Of a stretch of 64,000 bases of DNA, positions 13,006-25,831 are shown one piece after another (the first letter of the stretch is position 1; each line of letters starts with the position of its first letter). The translations under genes were made by a program, and so were the position numbers. Under the pieces are notes generated by a model. It ran no database searches. It saw only the letters and a program-made list of their open reading frames with translations, and was not told the DNA's origin. Source of the stretch: Batkoa obscura (taxonomy: Eukaryota); contig JASVEC010000029.1 of the NCBI GenBank assembly GCA_030770535.1, positions 124,001 through 188,000 on the forward strand. Direction: 5' to 3'.

Positions 13006-13327
13006 AAAAAGACTTTTTTTTTTGAATTGTTAGTATGAATAAATAAATGGCAGTTTTATTTGAAAATTTAATATTTGACTTTGTTTTTTTGGAGTTTTTA
13101 GTTTTTGGATATTGATATGTCTGAGGTAAATTAAGTTGTTTTTTAAATTTAAGTAGATAGTTTTATTTAAAAAATCAAGATAAATAAAAAGAGTATATTA
13201 ATTAATTAAAGTTGCTTATTTTATTTTATAATTTACAAATACACAGCACATAAGGTAAGATAAGAGTATCTATAAAAGTAAATAAGTTAATAAAATACTC
13301 ATATAAAATCAAAATAAGAGTAATAAA

Positions 13328-13427
13328 ATAGTTTCAGAATCATTATACTCGTCAATAAACTCCAGCAACCTGGGCGTTTTCAGCGGATTGACAGATTAAA
13401 TTAAAAATTTTATTTCATCATGCTATT
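13328..13427 (-). ncRNA. box C/D snoRNA, SNORD110/snoR14-like (18S Um in GGAUUGACAGAUU)
   Basis: Terminal stem AATAG/CTATT; C box ATGATGA; guide AATCTGTCAATCC then G and D' box CTGA; candidate C' box TTGACGA; D box CTGA. The guide is complementary to conserved 18S GGATTGACAGATT. Confidence 0.8.
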
Positions 13428-13581
13428 GTTATCATAAATCAGATAAAAAATTACTTACCTTTTAGTTTCTAATGGTGGACAGAGTATAAATGACTTTTCA
13501 TACAATCATTAATATGTGGAAAAACTAAAGAAATGAAGATTAATAAGTAATACTAAGTTATTGTTTTGTTAACATTTAAGA

Positions 13582-13664
13582 ACTCAGGGCTTCTTAGAGA
13601 TAGTTGGTCCATCATTTATTTTTATAAAAAATATCAAAACCGGTATGTTGTTGGATCATCATTG
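13582..13664 (-). ncRNA. box C/D snoRNA, SNORD61/U61-like (18S Um in CUUCUUAGAG)
   Basis: C box ATGATGA; C' box ATGATGG; guide TCTCTAAGAAG ending 3 nt before D box CTGA, complementary to conserved 18S CTTCTTAGAG. Confidence 0.72.
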
Positions 13665-13914
13665 GGATTTTAATGAAAAATTATATATTAAAATAATTAA
13701 TAGTCTACTTACAAATTCAATTCAAAAAGTGATTTTTTATGATAATGAAACTTTTTAAATTTATAAAAATTTTGAGAAAATTTTTTTTCTTATATATTGG
13801 AAAGAGCCAATCAATGATCGATTTTTAAATTAAAATCCCATTAGTAAGGATTTGAGAAATCCAACTTAATTATTTTTTTATTCAAATATTTTAAATGTTA
13901 TCAAAAAGAATAAT

Positions 13915-14010
13915 GGGGATGTATTTTTGTGTTTAAGTTTTACTAACAATTTTTCCGCTCAAATAGCGTTTAAAAATGGAAAAAGTGATGAAGCCAAAAA
14001 AGACACCCTC
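13915..14010 (+). mobile_element. MITE family A
   Basis: GGGGATGT...ACACCCTC consensus match; flanks TAAT/AATA. Confidence 0.8.
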
Positions 14011-14310
14011 AATAATTTATTAAAAAAATAAGAATAAAAAGAATAAAAACAAAATTCATTAAAAAGATATTAAAAATTTATTAATAAAAAAAATTTAAAT
14101 TAGATTATTTATCGTTAATATTATATATACTATAAAAAAATAAAAAAAATAAAAAATTGATTATCAATCATTCGATCATTCAATCAATCATTTTCGTCTT
14201 CATTCCCAATTCATCGTACATCCAATTCTTCTTTTCCAACAATGTCAAATATCTTATTAAATCCTCAAATAACCAATAACATACTCAATACTGTTTATTC
14301 CATTATATCC

Positions 14311-17300
14311 TTAATGTTCCCCTTCCATTGGTTCTGTAATGGTAATCATTGTATCATCATGATTTTCTTCCACTTCCGCTTCCACATCAAATAACCAATG
14401 GTATTGTAATATTAAGTTTTTAACCAAGTTTTGTTGATGACCTAAATTAGCCATAGATAAAGCAAAGCTGGACTCACTTGGTGGTGGTCGAAAGATAGTG
14501 GGGCCAAATACAATAGCTAAATTAGTTGCATACATATGATTTGTTTCTTCAAAGTCGGTGACACTAAGAGGAAATAATGAATAATTAAGTCATTGTTATT
14601 TATATTATTAGATTTAATCAAAACTTACTGTTCTAAATGTTCAATTAATGTTTTTAAAAAGATATAATTTTGTTCTGGTAATTTTGGTAACACATCTTTG
14701 ATTGCAAATAAGCGTTCATCATAATCTTCAACAGCTAAATTCATTATTAATATCTTATTTTTTTAAATATTAATTTAAAAAAATACTTACTAACAGCACT
14801 AATAAAATTATCATATAATTCATAAGTAGCTATAGGTTCTGGTAAATCTCTTAAATATTGTTTTAAGGTACATGCAACTACATTAATATCTCCCCACTCA
14901 TCTTGTGTTAAATCCATACTTTCGGAATCTAATTAAAAATACAATTAATATTATATCCCATTAATCATTTATCCCAATTTAAATTTTACCTTCATCAAAT
15001 GCTTTACATAAAGCACTAATTCTTGAAGCTGAGCCAGGTACTCGATAGATACCCACTTCATCTAATCCTCTTTTTTCAACTTCAGCAATACATTTTTTTA
15101 CTACTAGTGGTAATTCTTTATCTTTCATAACTTTACTTAATTCAACACCAAACACTAATAAAAAATAATACATTAAAATCTCAATTCATAATAGATACAA
15201 ATAAATTTTTTAAAAAGTTACCTGAATTCCTTGATTTTGTTGTAACAATTGAAGTAGAATTATCTTCTTCATTTAATGAACTTAAATCTTGAGCTAATAA
15301 AGTAACTCTTCTAGCTGCTGCTTGTTGGGCTGCTACATTAATTACATGTACCCATTCATCCATATCCACTTTATCTAAACATTGAATTAAATATTCCCCT
15401 CCTTCTTCAGTAATAATTCTAATAACAAAATCTCTTTTTGTATAACCTTCATCCACGATAGTAGTTGAATTAATGAGCTTAATAACATGCACTGGTTTTT
15501 TGGAAGTAATACTCGAAAATTTTGAAAGCGATAAAGAAGTATCACCCGAAGATTGAACGGTTTTGTAGAGGGAAGCCATTTTCATTAATTCTTTTGTTTT
15601 TGCTTTACGAACTTGCTGTTCTTTTTGTTGTTTATCATACAATTTAGCTTGTTCTTGTTGTTTTTTTAACATTTCTAATTGATGAGCTTTGACTTCTCGC
15701 ATTACTTTTTCCCTTTCTCGATTTTCTAATTTTTGTTTTTCTAATTGTTCACTTACAATAGTTCCAAAAATTCGTCGAAAAGAACCGGTTCCTGTAGCAT
15801 AATGATATATACTAGTGGCATAATTTGAGTGTGTATTACCATTTTCTGCGGATGCTATTTGTTTGACCATTACCCAATCCGGTTTCTTTAATGCTTCTAA
15901 ACCAGACAATAATTTCATTGTATCAAAACCTTTACGATTAGGTGGATTAACTGTAGCTATACCAACCCATTCTGTGAAACATTGTAACAATTTATAAATA
16001 ACTGTTCTCTTTGAAAAATTTAATATGGATGTTGAGGCTGCTGAATGATCTGGTAAAGATCTTATAATGGAACAAATACTTTCAAATACATAACCTACAC
16101 AAGGAGTTACAATTTCAATTTGTGGTAAATCTTCTTCAAGTGTACGCTCAATAGCTTCAATTAATGGATTTAAATCATCAATTGGTACATTATATTTTGA
16201 TGCGATTTCATTCCAAGCTCGATTAAAACATCTACTCTCTGGACTAATTAAACCACTTAATAAACCTCTTTCAACAAAGGAAGGTAATTGATAATTTTTT
16301 AATAATTTTTCAATTTCTTCTTGAGGTAATGACATTAATTCAGCTAATAATTGATAATGAGAACTAGCTAAATCTATCATTTTTCTCCGACAAATAATAA
16401 TCATTTTAATTAATTTAATAATTCTTTCAATTCTTTCTTCTATTTTTAATTCAATTGAAACTTGCTGAATAGCCCATGTTCTTATTTTATCTCTAAATTG
16501 CCAAAGATCAGCAATTGGTCTTGGAAATAAAGATACTAACACTCGATCACAAGTTAATGAAGTTTGATTTTGATTTTGAGTAGAATTATTAGTGGAATTT
16601 AATATAGTACATCTTCTTCTACAATTTTCTAATAAACTAAATATATCTGAAATTGCTGTTTCATCTTCTGAATAGGATAATGGTTTACTTGAACTTAACC
16701 ATGACCAATTACTTATACTTTGTGCTTCTAATAATGAACTACTTAATAAATAATCTTTAGGGGTAGCTTTCTTAAGCATTGGTGCAATAAAATGGTGAAA
16801 GGCATCTAATAATTGATTTTCACTATATAAATCTAAGTCCCATGAAGATACTTGGTATGGTACTGATGTAGTTGCAGCTAATAGGTTTTCAGTAGAACCA
16901 GCAGGTGAATTCATTAACGCATATGGTGTACGAAATACAGGTTCATTTCTTTCTTCTTTTACTTTATTACCTGAACTTACAATGGGTGTTAATGAACGTG
17001 TTTCACATAAAATATGTAATTCTGAAGCAGCTTCCGAAATGGATTTATCTAATATATTACTCATTCTTTCACTTAAAGAATGTAAAAAGATAAATATTAA
17101 CTCTAATAAATCAGGAGAATCAAGGAAATCATGAAAATGATAAGTAATCCAAAATTTAAATATATCTAATATTTGAGCTTCTTCTTTAACACTTTGTTGA
17201 AATAAATCTTCACTTGGTTTGGAATTCGTCATAACTTTTGACAAAGATTTATTAAAACACTCTTTTAACAATTCAAATAACCTTTTTGGTGTTGTTATAC

Positions 17301-20300
17301 TTCGAAATGTACAAAAAAAGATTTCTCGATATTCTTCACTATCAAATTTTAATAAATTAGATCCCCCATATAATGGATTTTCTTTATAATTTAATAAATA
17401 AGGTGAATATTGATTTAATCCATAAACTAATATCTCTACTAATTCTTCAATTTTACCAGAGCATACTTGGACTTCAATTAAATTATCACTAATTGTTGAA
17501 TTTCCTAATGAAAGATGATTTAAATCTTCTAATGGATCTAATAAAAATAATTAATAATAGTTAAATAATTAAACATTAAAATATAATAAACTATTAAATA
17601 ATTAGAATAAAAATTTACCTTGAACTAATTTCTTTTTTGGTACTTTAAATAAAATTAAAGAATGGTCTTTTACTAATAAGAGGGATTCTTTTAAAGCTCC
17701 CAGTTTACTCAATGCTAATTTATTATCATAATTATCAAATTGATTGGAACTCACTTTTCTAGCGGATTCTCTTGAAACTGGACTTGAATAAGCAGAAACA
17801 GGAACTGATTGGGTACGTTTTCTAAATAAACCATTTTCATTATTATTATTTCCAGCTCCAAAATTACTATTATCTAAGCCAATATTACTATTATTAAGTG
17901 GAAAATGGGAGGAAATCAAATCAATAAATAAGGGTGAATTGGGCAATGATTTAGGAAATTTTAAAGATACAATTGCTGAGATTAATCGGGATGGATTTTT
18001 TTCATTAGTAATATAATCATCTACAAAGGACATTTCACAAATTAAAGATCTTTTGTGTAAACTTTCTTGAAGATAATCCGATCCAATTTCACCACCAAAT
18101 GAACCTTGATCTTTATTATTTGTTGAACTTATACTTTTAAAATAATCAAAATAAACTTTTTTAATTTTAAATGGACATGTTGTATTTTTATAAGCTTCAT
18201 GACTTAAAGAATATGGCCATTGACTTTGTAATGCTTGAGCGATCGAATAAACTTCATGAAACCCATTAAATTCATATCTCATCCCATTTTGTTCATTAAA
18301 ATTATCGACTTGGCTATTTTTTTTCACCACTTTTAAAACAAAATGCTTTAATGCTCCAAAATAAGGTATAATAAATTTGGTAGGTGATCTTTTAGCACTT
18401 GGTTCTTGTAATAATACCATACATTTAGGTGGATTCGGTTTACCTGGATGTAAAGGTGAATATAATCCTAAATCTAATAACACAGGTACCCATCGTTTAG
18501 TTACTAATTTAATTAATCGTTTATCTACACTTCGCCAAGTTTCGCTTAACCTAGTAACTACTGGAGAACAAATAGCAATTGCAATAGCTATCCATGAGGT
18601 CATATCACCTAAATCGCGTGCCATATGGCCCACTTGAATCCATTGATTTAAAATAGCTGCTCTACGGGAGGGTGCTGAAGAAGGAGTTGCAAAAAATAAA
18701 TGATGATAAATCAATTTAGTTAAAAAATGATGTTCTGGTGAAGAATAAGAAAATATATTAAGACCACTATTAATTAAACCTAATATTAATTTTGGATCCC
18801 CCAAACTTTCTGAATATTTACCAATCACTTGATAATGAAAAGCATATAATTGTTGAGCTAATTCCTGTGGATCCATTTTTAAAAATACGGAAGGTGTTAA
18901 ACCAGTTTTTATTAAAGATGATAAATTATTTTGATTAATTTCTGTTGCTCCTGGATCTGTTAAACTTGGGCTATCTAATACTTCATTTTGTAAATGTTCA
19001 TATTTGGTTTTCAAATTGGTATAAATTGATAATAAATTGAATCTTGATTCAATTGATATTAAATTTTGTTTTATGAAACTTTCTAAATTAATAAATGTAT
19101 CTTCACAAATAATAAAGGAACTTAATGATAACCAAGCAGCAATAAATTCAGCAATTCTTAAATTAATTTCTTGATCTTCACTTGTAAAATCAACTTCATT
19201 TTTTGGAAGTAATTCTCTATAATGTTTTAACATATCAAATATAGCTGATGAGGTAGTGAATAAAGGATAAGTGAATAAAAATACTTCACGATAATTCGTT
19301 CCATTTTTATATGTTTTGGATGCAAAAATAGCTTCATGAATAAGTGCGTCAACGGTTCCAGATTCTATAATAAATCTGGATAAACTATGAGCATTTTCTG
19401 GTGCACAATTGAAGAGTAATTCTGGATGTGAATCCAAAGTAGAAATTTGTTTCGATTGATTAGGATCGATAGTTGATAATGCTTCTGAAGTAAAGGATGC
19501 TCCATCACCTCTAGAAAATGAAGAATTCATTTCATTCATCATACTTTCATCTGGTAAAGACATTGGAAGTACTTCAGAAGCTGGTAGTTCTTTTGAAGCA
19601 GATAAACGAGATGTCCATGCTAATTTAGATTCTGAATTTGGAGCTACAAAAAGTCTAGTTGTCCTTACTTTGTCTAAGATAAAAAGTTGAAAAGCTTGAA
19701 CTTTTCCTGATGCTAATGGGGTAGAATAATCGTTTTGTGGAGTAAGCGTAGATATCGATGAGGCGGAAGAATTAGTGTGACTAAATATTGGATTACGACT
19801 AGAACCATTACCTGTATTAAATACCGTTGATGAAGCATCAATGACATCACAATCCTTCAATTTATACGTTGCATGATGTTTCCATTTTGTAAATGAACCT
19901 TTACTGGGATCCATCTCTTCATTTAAATTTCCAGGACTACCAATTTTTAAAGCATCATTAACCGCATTAAAAATACTTGTACGATTGTTACGGATCCATC
20001 GTCTTTTAAATACCATCAAAAGTTCATCAAATATAAGTAAACAGGTATATCGTTTAAATTTAAAGTGTAAAACATCCACCTCGGTAAAAATATCACCATA
20101 AACGTATTTTTCTGATAGTGGCTTAGAAGTTCTTGTTGATGAAAATAGGAGTGATCTTGCATTAGAATCGAATGTGGCGGGAATTAAGGGCATGCCAGTG
20201 GACGAAGGACTCCTTGAAGTTTTTGAAAAGATACTTGATGGGGAGGAAGATAGAGGGGAACTAGAACCAAGGCTACTAGTTGAAAAAGCAATTGAATTAC

Positions 20301-20826
20301 GTACTTCCGCTTCGGTCGGTGGTTTATAAAATGAAAGTTTAGCGCCAAGTAAAGTAACGTAGTATAATTTCCAGCTTCTTGTTAATGTATTGGTAACTGA
20401 ACCCGGTATCATATCCACTTTTTTATTTATGTAACCTTCTTTAATGATTGATGTTGAACTTTCATGCTTATTTTTACTTGTTAATTTTGCTAATGTATTT
20501 TCTTCGGCATTGGAACTAATAGAATTAAGGCTTTCCAAGCTATAATTAGCGTTTCCAAGTTTAATTGCTAAATTGGATTGACCACTTGAAAAAGAACGAT
20601 CAGCATATTGGACGCCATTAAAAGTGTTTACGGAAGAAGTTGAATTTTTGCGGTTATAACTCAACTCCCCTTCTTCTGGTAAGTCTTCTAACCTTGACAT
20701 ATGACCGTTTGGACTTTTTCCGAACATTGAGTTTAACGATTGGGAACCAAATACGGTATGTGGACGGGAATTATGAGTATTATTACCTTTTGGCTGCCTC
20801 CTATTGGTAACATTATAAGCGGTCAT
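14311..20826 (-). CDS. large PH / RasGEF(REM+CDC25-like) / PH / RhoGAP protein, Bem2-like; multi-exon
   Basis: PH (IIKEGYINKK...WKLYYVTL), REM (IESGTVDALI), GEF-like (MDPQELAQQL...RLSETW), second REM (CSGKIEELVEILV), PH (YTKRDFVIRI...YLIQC), RhoGAP (VFGVEL...GIYRVPG...NLAIVFGPTI); ORFs joined by short GT-AG introns. Confidence 0.85.
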
Positions 20827-21915
20827 ATTATTCCATAAAATAATTAAGAGTTAAAAAATATTAATTCAAAAGTAATTAGTGAAATTTGAAATAAAAAATG
20901 ATTTTTAATTGGTATCAAACTGCAAATTATTGGAGTCAAAAGTGGCACATCTTATTCATTAACAATTTACTATGAATTTGAAAATTTCTCTAATTGGAAG
21001 TTAGAACCAATCAATTGAATTAATAACATAGATTTTGACATATTAGTGGATTATTTTCATTATGGAACCAATGTTATTTCCGTTACACAGTGAACATGAT
21101 GATGATTGGTCTGAAATCGACCTATGATTCCTATTTAAACTTAACCACATACCTGTAATTTTATCCAAAACTATTAGATTTCTAAAACATATTAAATTTT
21201 AAATTGAACATGAATTAATGTCTATTTTGAATATTTATTTAGTAATGGAATGCCACTAAAATGGTATCAAATATTTAATTTTATTTTCATTTTAACTTTT
21301 TGTTTGTACTACTCAGGAAAGTAGGATTATGTGAAATAAATAAATCGATATTCACTAAAAAAATTTAATATGAACTATTGTTTTGTGTGTTTTTATCAAA
21401 TTATATAAGCTGCATGGTTTAAAACCTGGGAATATTTAAGTATAGCTTTAAATAAAGACAGAAATAAAACAATAATAAAAAGTAAAGTGTAATTAACAAT
21501 TCGACTTTTATTGACACCTCTTAATTTTATTATTCTGCAGTTTCTGTTTATTTTAAGCTTAGTCGTTGTCTATGAACTAACTTAAATTAAATTTATAAAA
21601 TTTATTGACTTGTTTTTTTAACTATAAAAGTTAATTTAAAATTATTGAATAGATTTTTTATAATTAACCACTTTTGGTAGTTTTTAGAGAGTGAGTAGTT
21701 TATACATCTTCCCCATCATTTCTTCTATTTCTATTTTTATTTTTATTTTAATAAAATCTGGATTTTGTAACACTATATTTATTACGACATCATTGCTATT
21801 ATAAATTGAATTTTGTAACATTTTGTTTAATTCTGTTATTAGTGTAATATTAAAATAATATTGTAGAATTAACAATTATTTAAATAAAAACGCTATTTAT
21901 TATAGAAAGATACAA

Positions 21916-22413
21916 TTAATTGATAATAAAACTTATTGTTGGACTTTTATATGAGTAAAATTCAGGTTGCTCCTTATTTATTAGATGGGATTCATCAGTT
22001 TTAATTAAACTTAATAGATCCATACTATGGATTTCACTACTCTTTTCTTCTGAACTTGGCCTTGTATCACTAGTATAAACTCTCTCCTTGTGCCTCCTTA
22101 TTTCGTGTTTTTTTAAATCTTGTGGTCTCTTGAATTTTTTTGGACAATTCTAAATAAAAGATTAACAATTGGACTACAATGTCAAAAAAAGAAAACTTAC
22201 TCTACACAGATATGGTTTGTGATCCAAATGAATTTTGATATGAGAAACAATATGATCTCTTTTATGAAAGATAGAAGTACAATTTTTCCAATGACAATTT
22301 AAACATAAATTTCGGGTAACTTTTCGACCAATATGATGAAGTACAAGATGAGCTTGTAATTCTTGAGCGTCCCCAAATTGAATTTTACAATCATCCCATT
22401 CACAGATATGCAT
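21916..22413 (-). CDS. PacC/Rim101-type three-C2H2-finger protein, only 148 aa; 2 exons
   Basis: CEWDDC...HIGRKVTRNLCLNCHWKNC...KRDHIVSHIKIH...KPYLCR|NCPKKFKRPQDLKKH matches the PacC DNA-binding domain; intron 22200-22150; stop at 21918-21916. Confidence 0.85.
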
Positions 22414-22629
22414 CTTTATTTTGTATTTTATATTTCAATTTTAATTTTATAAATATCTGATTGAAAAGTAGTAGTATTTATACCAATTATTTAAAGTCAT
22501 TCAACAAAGAACATCGTATAAATTCTTAGCCTTTTCTAGGCAATCATTAAAAATGAGGTTATTGGTATTTAAAAGGCAATTTAGGAGTTTTAATTTAAGA
22601 AATTGATACTTTAGTTGAATATTAAATCT

Positions 22630-23849
22630 CTTGGCGAATTTAAATTAAAGAATAATAAGAGTGAATATAAGGTAGTTAATAGGGCTTTGAGCTTTGTTAA
22701 TTTGAATACAAGTTATAATTTCAAACACGCTACTATTTTAATACCATTTATTCTCTCAAGTGGAAACTAAATCTACCATTTGGACTGCCAAGAAAATAGC
22801 CAAGGCTAGAGATCAAAAGTTCGTTGCCAATTTAGAAATAATAAACCAAACTGGTGATGTGATATAATAAAGATTGAAAAAAAGATCCGAAGAAGGGATG
22901 ATAAAAGTTAATATGACTTTACAAATAGCTCTTTTTTTAAGAAAAACAAGTTAAGAAAGTTTTTTATTAAGGATAAAGGTTATAATAATATTTTTTTTGA
23001 ATATTTATAAGAATAATTAATTAATGAAATTAAGTATATGGCCTTTAAATTCTTATTATTGAGGAAAATTAACTAGTAGTAACGAATGCCAAGTATAACT
23101 ATTATATGAATCTTAAGATAATCAACATTTAAATAAAATAAAACAATAAGGAAGTGATTTACATTAATACAGTTAGGACAAGGTTTGCACCCAAGCTATG
23201 TTGATACCCTAATAAGAAATAGTATTTTTCATTAAGCTTATGACTATAGTTTTTAAATATAAGTTATAGCTTTTACAATACCAATCTAGTTTTATGAATT
23301 TTGTAGATAACTACTTTGATAGATTATGGGTGGTTGTAAACTAAGTCATATAGTGATATATTTATTTATTTGATATGACTGGAAATCGGACCCTTCTTAT
23401 TACCCCTACCTGCTTTAGTATAATAGGAATTGAATTTATATATAACAAATGATGTAAAATATGGTAAAAAATCTACTGGTAAGACAAAACTATTAAAAAT
23501 TACGTAAAGTTCGTTTTTCACCTAGTTGTATGTACATGGTTATCAAATTATTACCTTCATTTGCTGTTGTTTATTTTAATTTTGAAAGCTATTCACTTTA
23601 GTCACATTCCACCCTCCTATTAATTATTATCTATGCTTTTTTTCAATAAATCTTTTTATTAAGTTTTTATTATAGGTTATATTATTCAGTAAAAATTAAA
23701 ACACGTAATCAATCTCTTCATAATGCAAGGGATATTTGTATTTAAGTAATTTATTATTTATAATAAAGGCTAAAAATGATGAAAAATTAAAGGTTTCGAT
23801 TTTAGACATTATTTCCCGCCGTTAAGTTGGTAATTTGTTATTTCTTGGC
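22630..23849. promoter_or_regulatory. cluster of five GCCAAG (PacC consensus GCCARG) sites upstream of the PacC-like gene
   Basis: CTTGGC 22630, GCCAAG 22787, GCCAAG 22799, GCCAAG 23088, CTTGGC 23844. Confidence 0.65.
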
Positions 23850-24051
23850 TTTTTTTTTAAAACCTCCGATTATTCTTTGGCTTTTGTATTGTATTTGAAA
23901 AACTTAATATACAATTTAATTTATAGAATACTAAATAATGAAATAAGGATCTTTTAACATTCCCCAACTTTCTATATATTTTATTCTAAATTAACGCATT
24001 AAGTTATCAACTGTTGTTGTATTCTGCCCATAAAGTTATATAAAAGAACAT

Positions 24052-24149
24052 GGGGATGTATTTTTATGTTTAAGAATTTTACTAACAATTTTCCGCTCAA
24101 ATAGCGCTTAAAAAATAGAAAAAGTGATGAAACCAAAAAAAACATCCCC
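24052..24149 (+). mobile_element. MITE family A
   Basis: GGGGATGT...ACATCCCC; TSD ACAT/ACAT. Confidence 0.88.
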
Positions 24150-24353
24150 ACATTAATAACTTGTTTTTATTTTATTAGCAAAAATATATAGATCTGAACA
24201 TATAAATTGAAGTTATAAAATAGCTTATCACTCTTTTTAAAATAAATGTAATTAAAATATTGTCTATTGTTATGTTTAAAAATTGATTTATATCATAAAT
24301 ATTAACTTATTAAAATTTTATTTAGAAAAGTTTTAAATTTTGAATTATATTAC

Positions 24354-24452
24354 GAGGGTGTTTTTTTTGGCTTCATCATTTTTTACATTTTTTAAGCGCT
24401 ATTTGAGCGGAAAAATTGTTAGTAAAGTTCTTTAAACACAAAAATACATCTT
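24354..24452 (-). mobile_element. MITE family A (one end degraded)
   Basis: GAGGGTGTTTT...AAAATACATC consensus match. Confidence 0.75.
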
Positions 24453-24493
24453 ATTTTAAAAAAAGCACTCACATTTAGATTTAACAAAAAAAA

Positions 24494-25483
24494 TTATGAA
24501 ATAAAGTTAAGAATCTGACCAACAACGTTTCCACTTTATGGAATACCATTAGGAGATGTTTTTTTTGATTTCATCACTTTTTCCATTTTTTAAGCGCTAT
24601 TTGAGCAGAAAGGTTGTTAGTAAAATTCTTAAACAAAAAATACATCCCCATTGTGATCCCCAAAATTACTGTTTAATACCCCTTGCATTATTAAATCTTA
24701 ATTCCCTCAAATGAGACGCAAATTCAACAGCTTGTTCCAAATTGACTAAAGTATCTTACTTGGAATCAATCAACAAATAACTAGCCAATTGATTATAATT
24801 CATCTTATCTAAGGGTTCCTTTGAAACAAGCTGAGGCGATACTTCTTTTCATTTATTTGTGTTATTCCCAAAAGCTGGTACAATATATTTATCCCTGTAT
24901 CCTTCAACTTTATTAACTAATGGGGGAATATCAAATATACCACCAATAGAAATAACACCTTTGATTCGTTTGATTTGATTTAATTGCTTAATACTATTAG
25001 TATAACTACTAGCATTCAATACCATTAAAGCATTTAAATGATTATCAGCGGAATGACCTCCTAAATGAATTTCACTAAAGTTCTTTAAGCTAAGCATAGT
25101 ATTAGTAGACCCATTTAACAAGTTCTTCAAGTGATCAGAATACTTAATACTAGATTCTTGATTTCTTTCACTTAATCTGTGATGTAAAACAGCGGTAGTT
25201 ATACTTCTTTCAGCTAATTCATAGGCCATACTTAAACTTAGTTCAACATTTTCAGTAATCCAGGCACCACTTAACACTCAAACCAACAATAGTGAATCTT
25301 TGACGTCTAGTTTTGGAGGAACCATCTCATGAAAGTTGTTTTGATCCGAATCGTATTTATATTTTAGAGTATTAATGAATCTTCCATGTATTCTCGAAGT
25401 TGAAGCGGCTTTTATCATCTTATCACACATACTTTAACCGAAGTGGTCCATAATGTAGATAATAAAATACAATTTAGATTCAT
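24494..25483 (-). pseudogene. pseudogene of a probably secreted KFase-like alpha/beta hydrolase
   Basis: Hydrophobic N-terminus MNLNCILLSTLWTTSV, then a frameshift. In-frame stops at LLLV*VLSGAW, NTNK*K (W in the paralog) and DSK*DTLV (Q in the paralog). Nucleophile elbow reads GHSAD. MITE inserted just after GDH; coding similarity resumes to 24494. Confidence 0.8.
24552..24649 (-). mobile_element. MITE family A inserted in the hydrolase pseudogene
   Basis: Consensus match; flanks ATTA/ATTG. Confidence 0.85.
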
Positions 25484-25733
25484 TTTTAGATTTAGAGTTA
25501 CTAAAATTTAATTTATTATGCTTTTATAGTTAAGAGTATTAATATATCAATGAACGTGCTTTTATACTTTTTAGTAATTTTACTATCCTAAAACTTTAAT
25601 AAGTTATTATAGCCTTTTAATAATTTTGTTCTTTGAGCTCCCTTCCCCTAAAAGTTGTCCTTAGTGTTCTTAATTTGGCTAAAGTACCTTTGGCTTTCGA
25701 ATTTATGATAAAGATACAACGCTTTCAACATAT

Positions 25734-25831
25734 GGGGATGTATTTTTTTGTTTAAGAATTTTACTGATAGCTCTCCCGCTTAAAGAGCGCTTAAAAATGG
25801 AAAAAGTAATGAAACCAAAAAAAACACCCCC
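25734..25831 (+). mobile_element. MITE family A
   Basis: GGGGATGT...ACACCCCC; flanks ATAT/ATAC. Confidence 0.85.

Larger units (their letters stand above)
13220..13760 (-). ncRNA. spliced non-coding snoRNA host gene (ends approximate)
   Basis: GTAAGT donors at 13712 and 13458; TAG acceptors at 13525 and 13270, each with a TATTAAY branch motif; one snoRNA per intron; exons contain no ORF longer than ~10 codons. Confidence 0.65.

Noticed and set aside
21095..21114. ATGATGA...CTGA as a snoRNA
   Set aside because: The boxes are under 10 nt apart, with no guide or terminal stem.
24849..25283. TGA readthrough or an alternative genetic code in the hydrolase
   Set aside because: The same gene also has TAA stops, frameshifts and a MITE insertion, and intact genes (CYB5, Con7 paralog 1) end in TGA.
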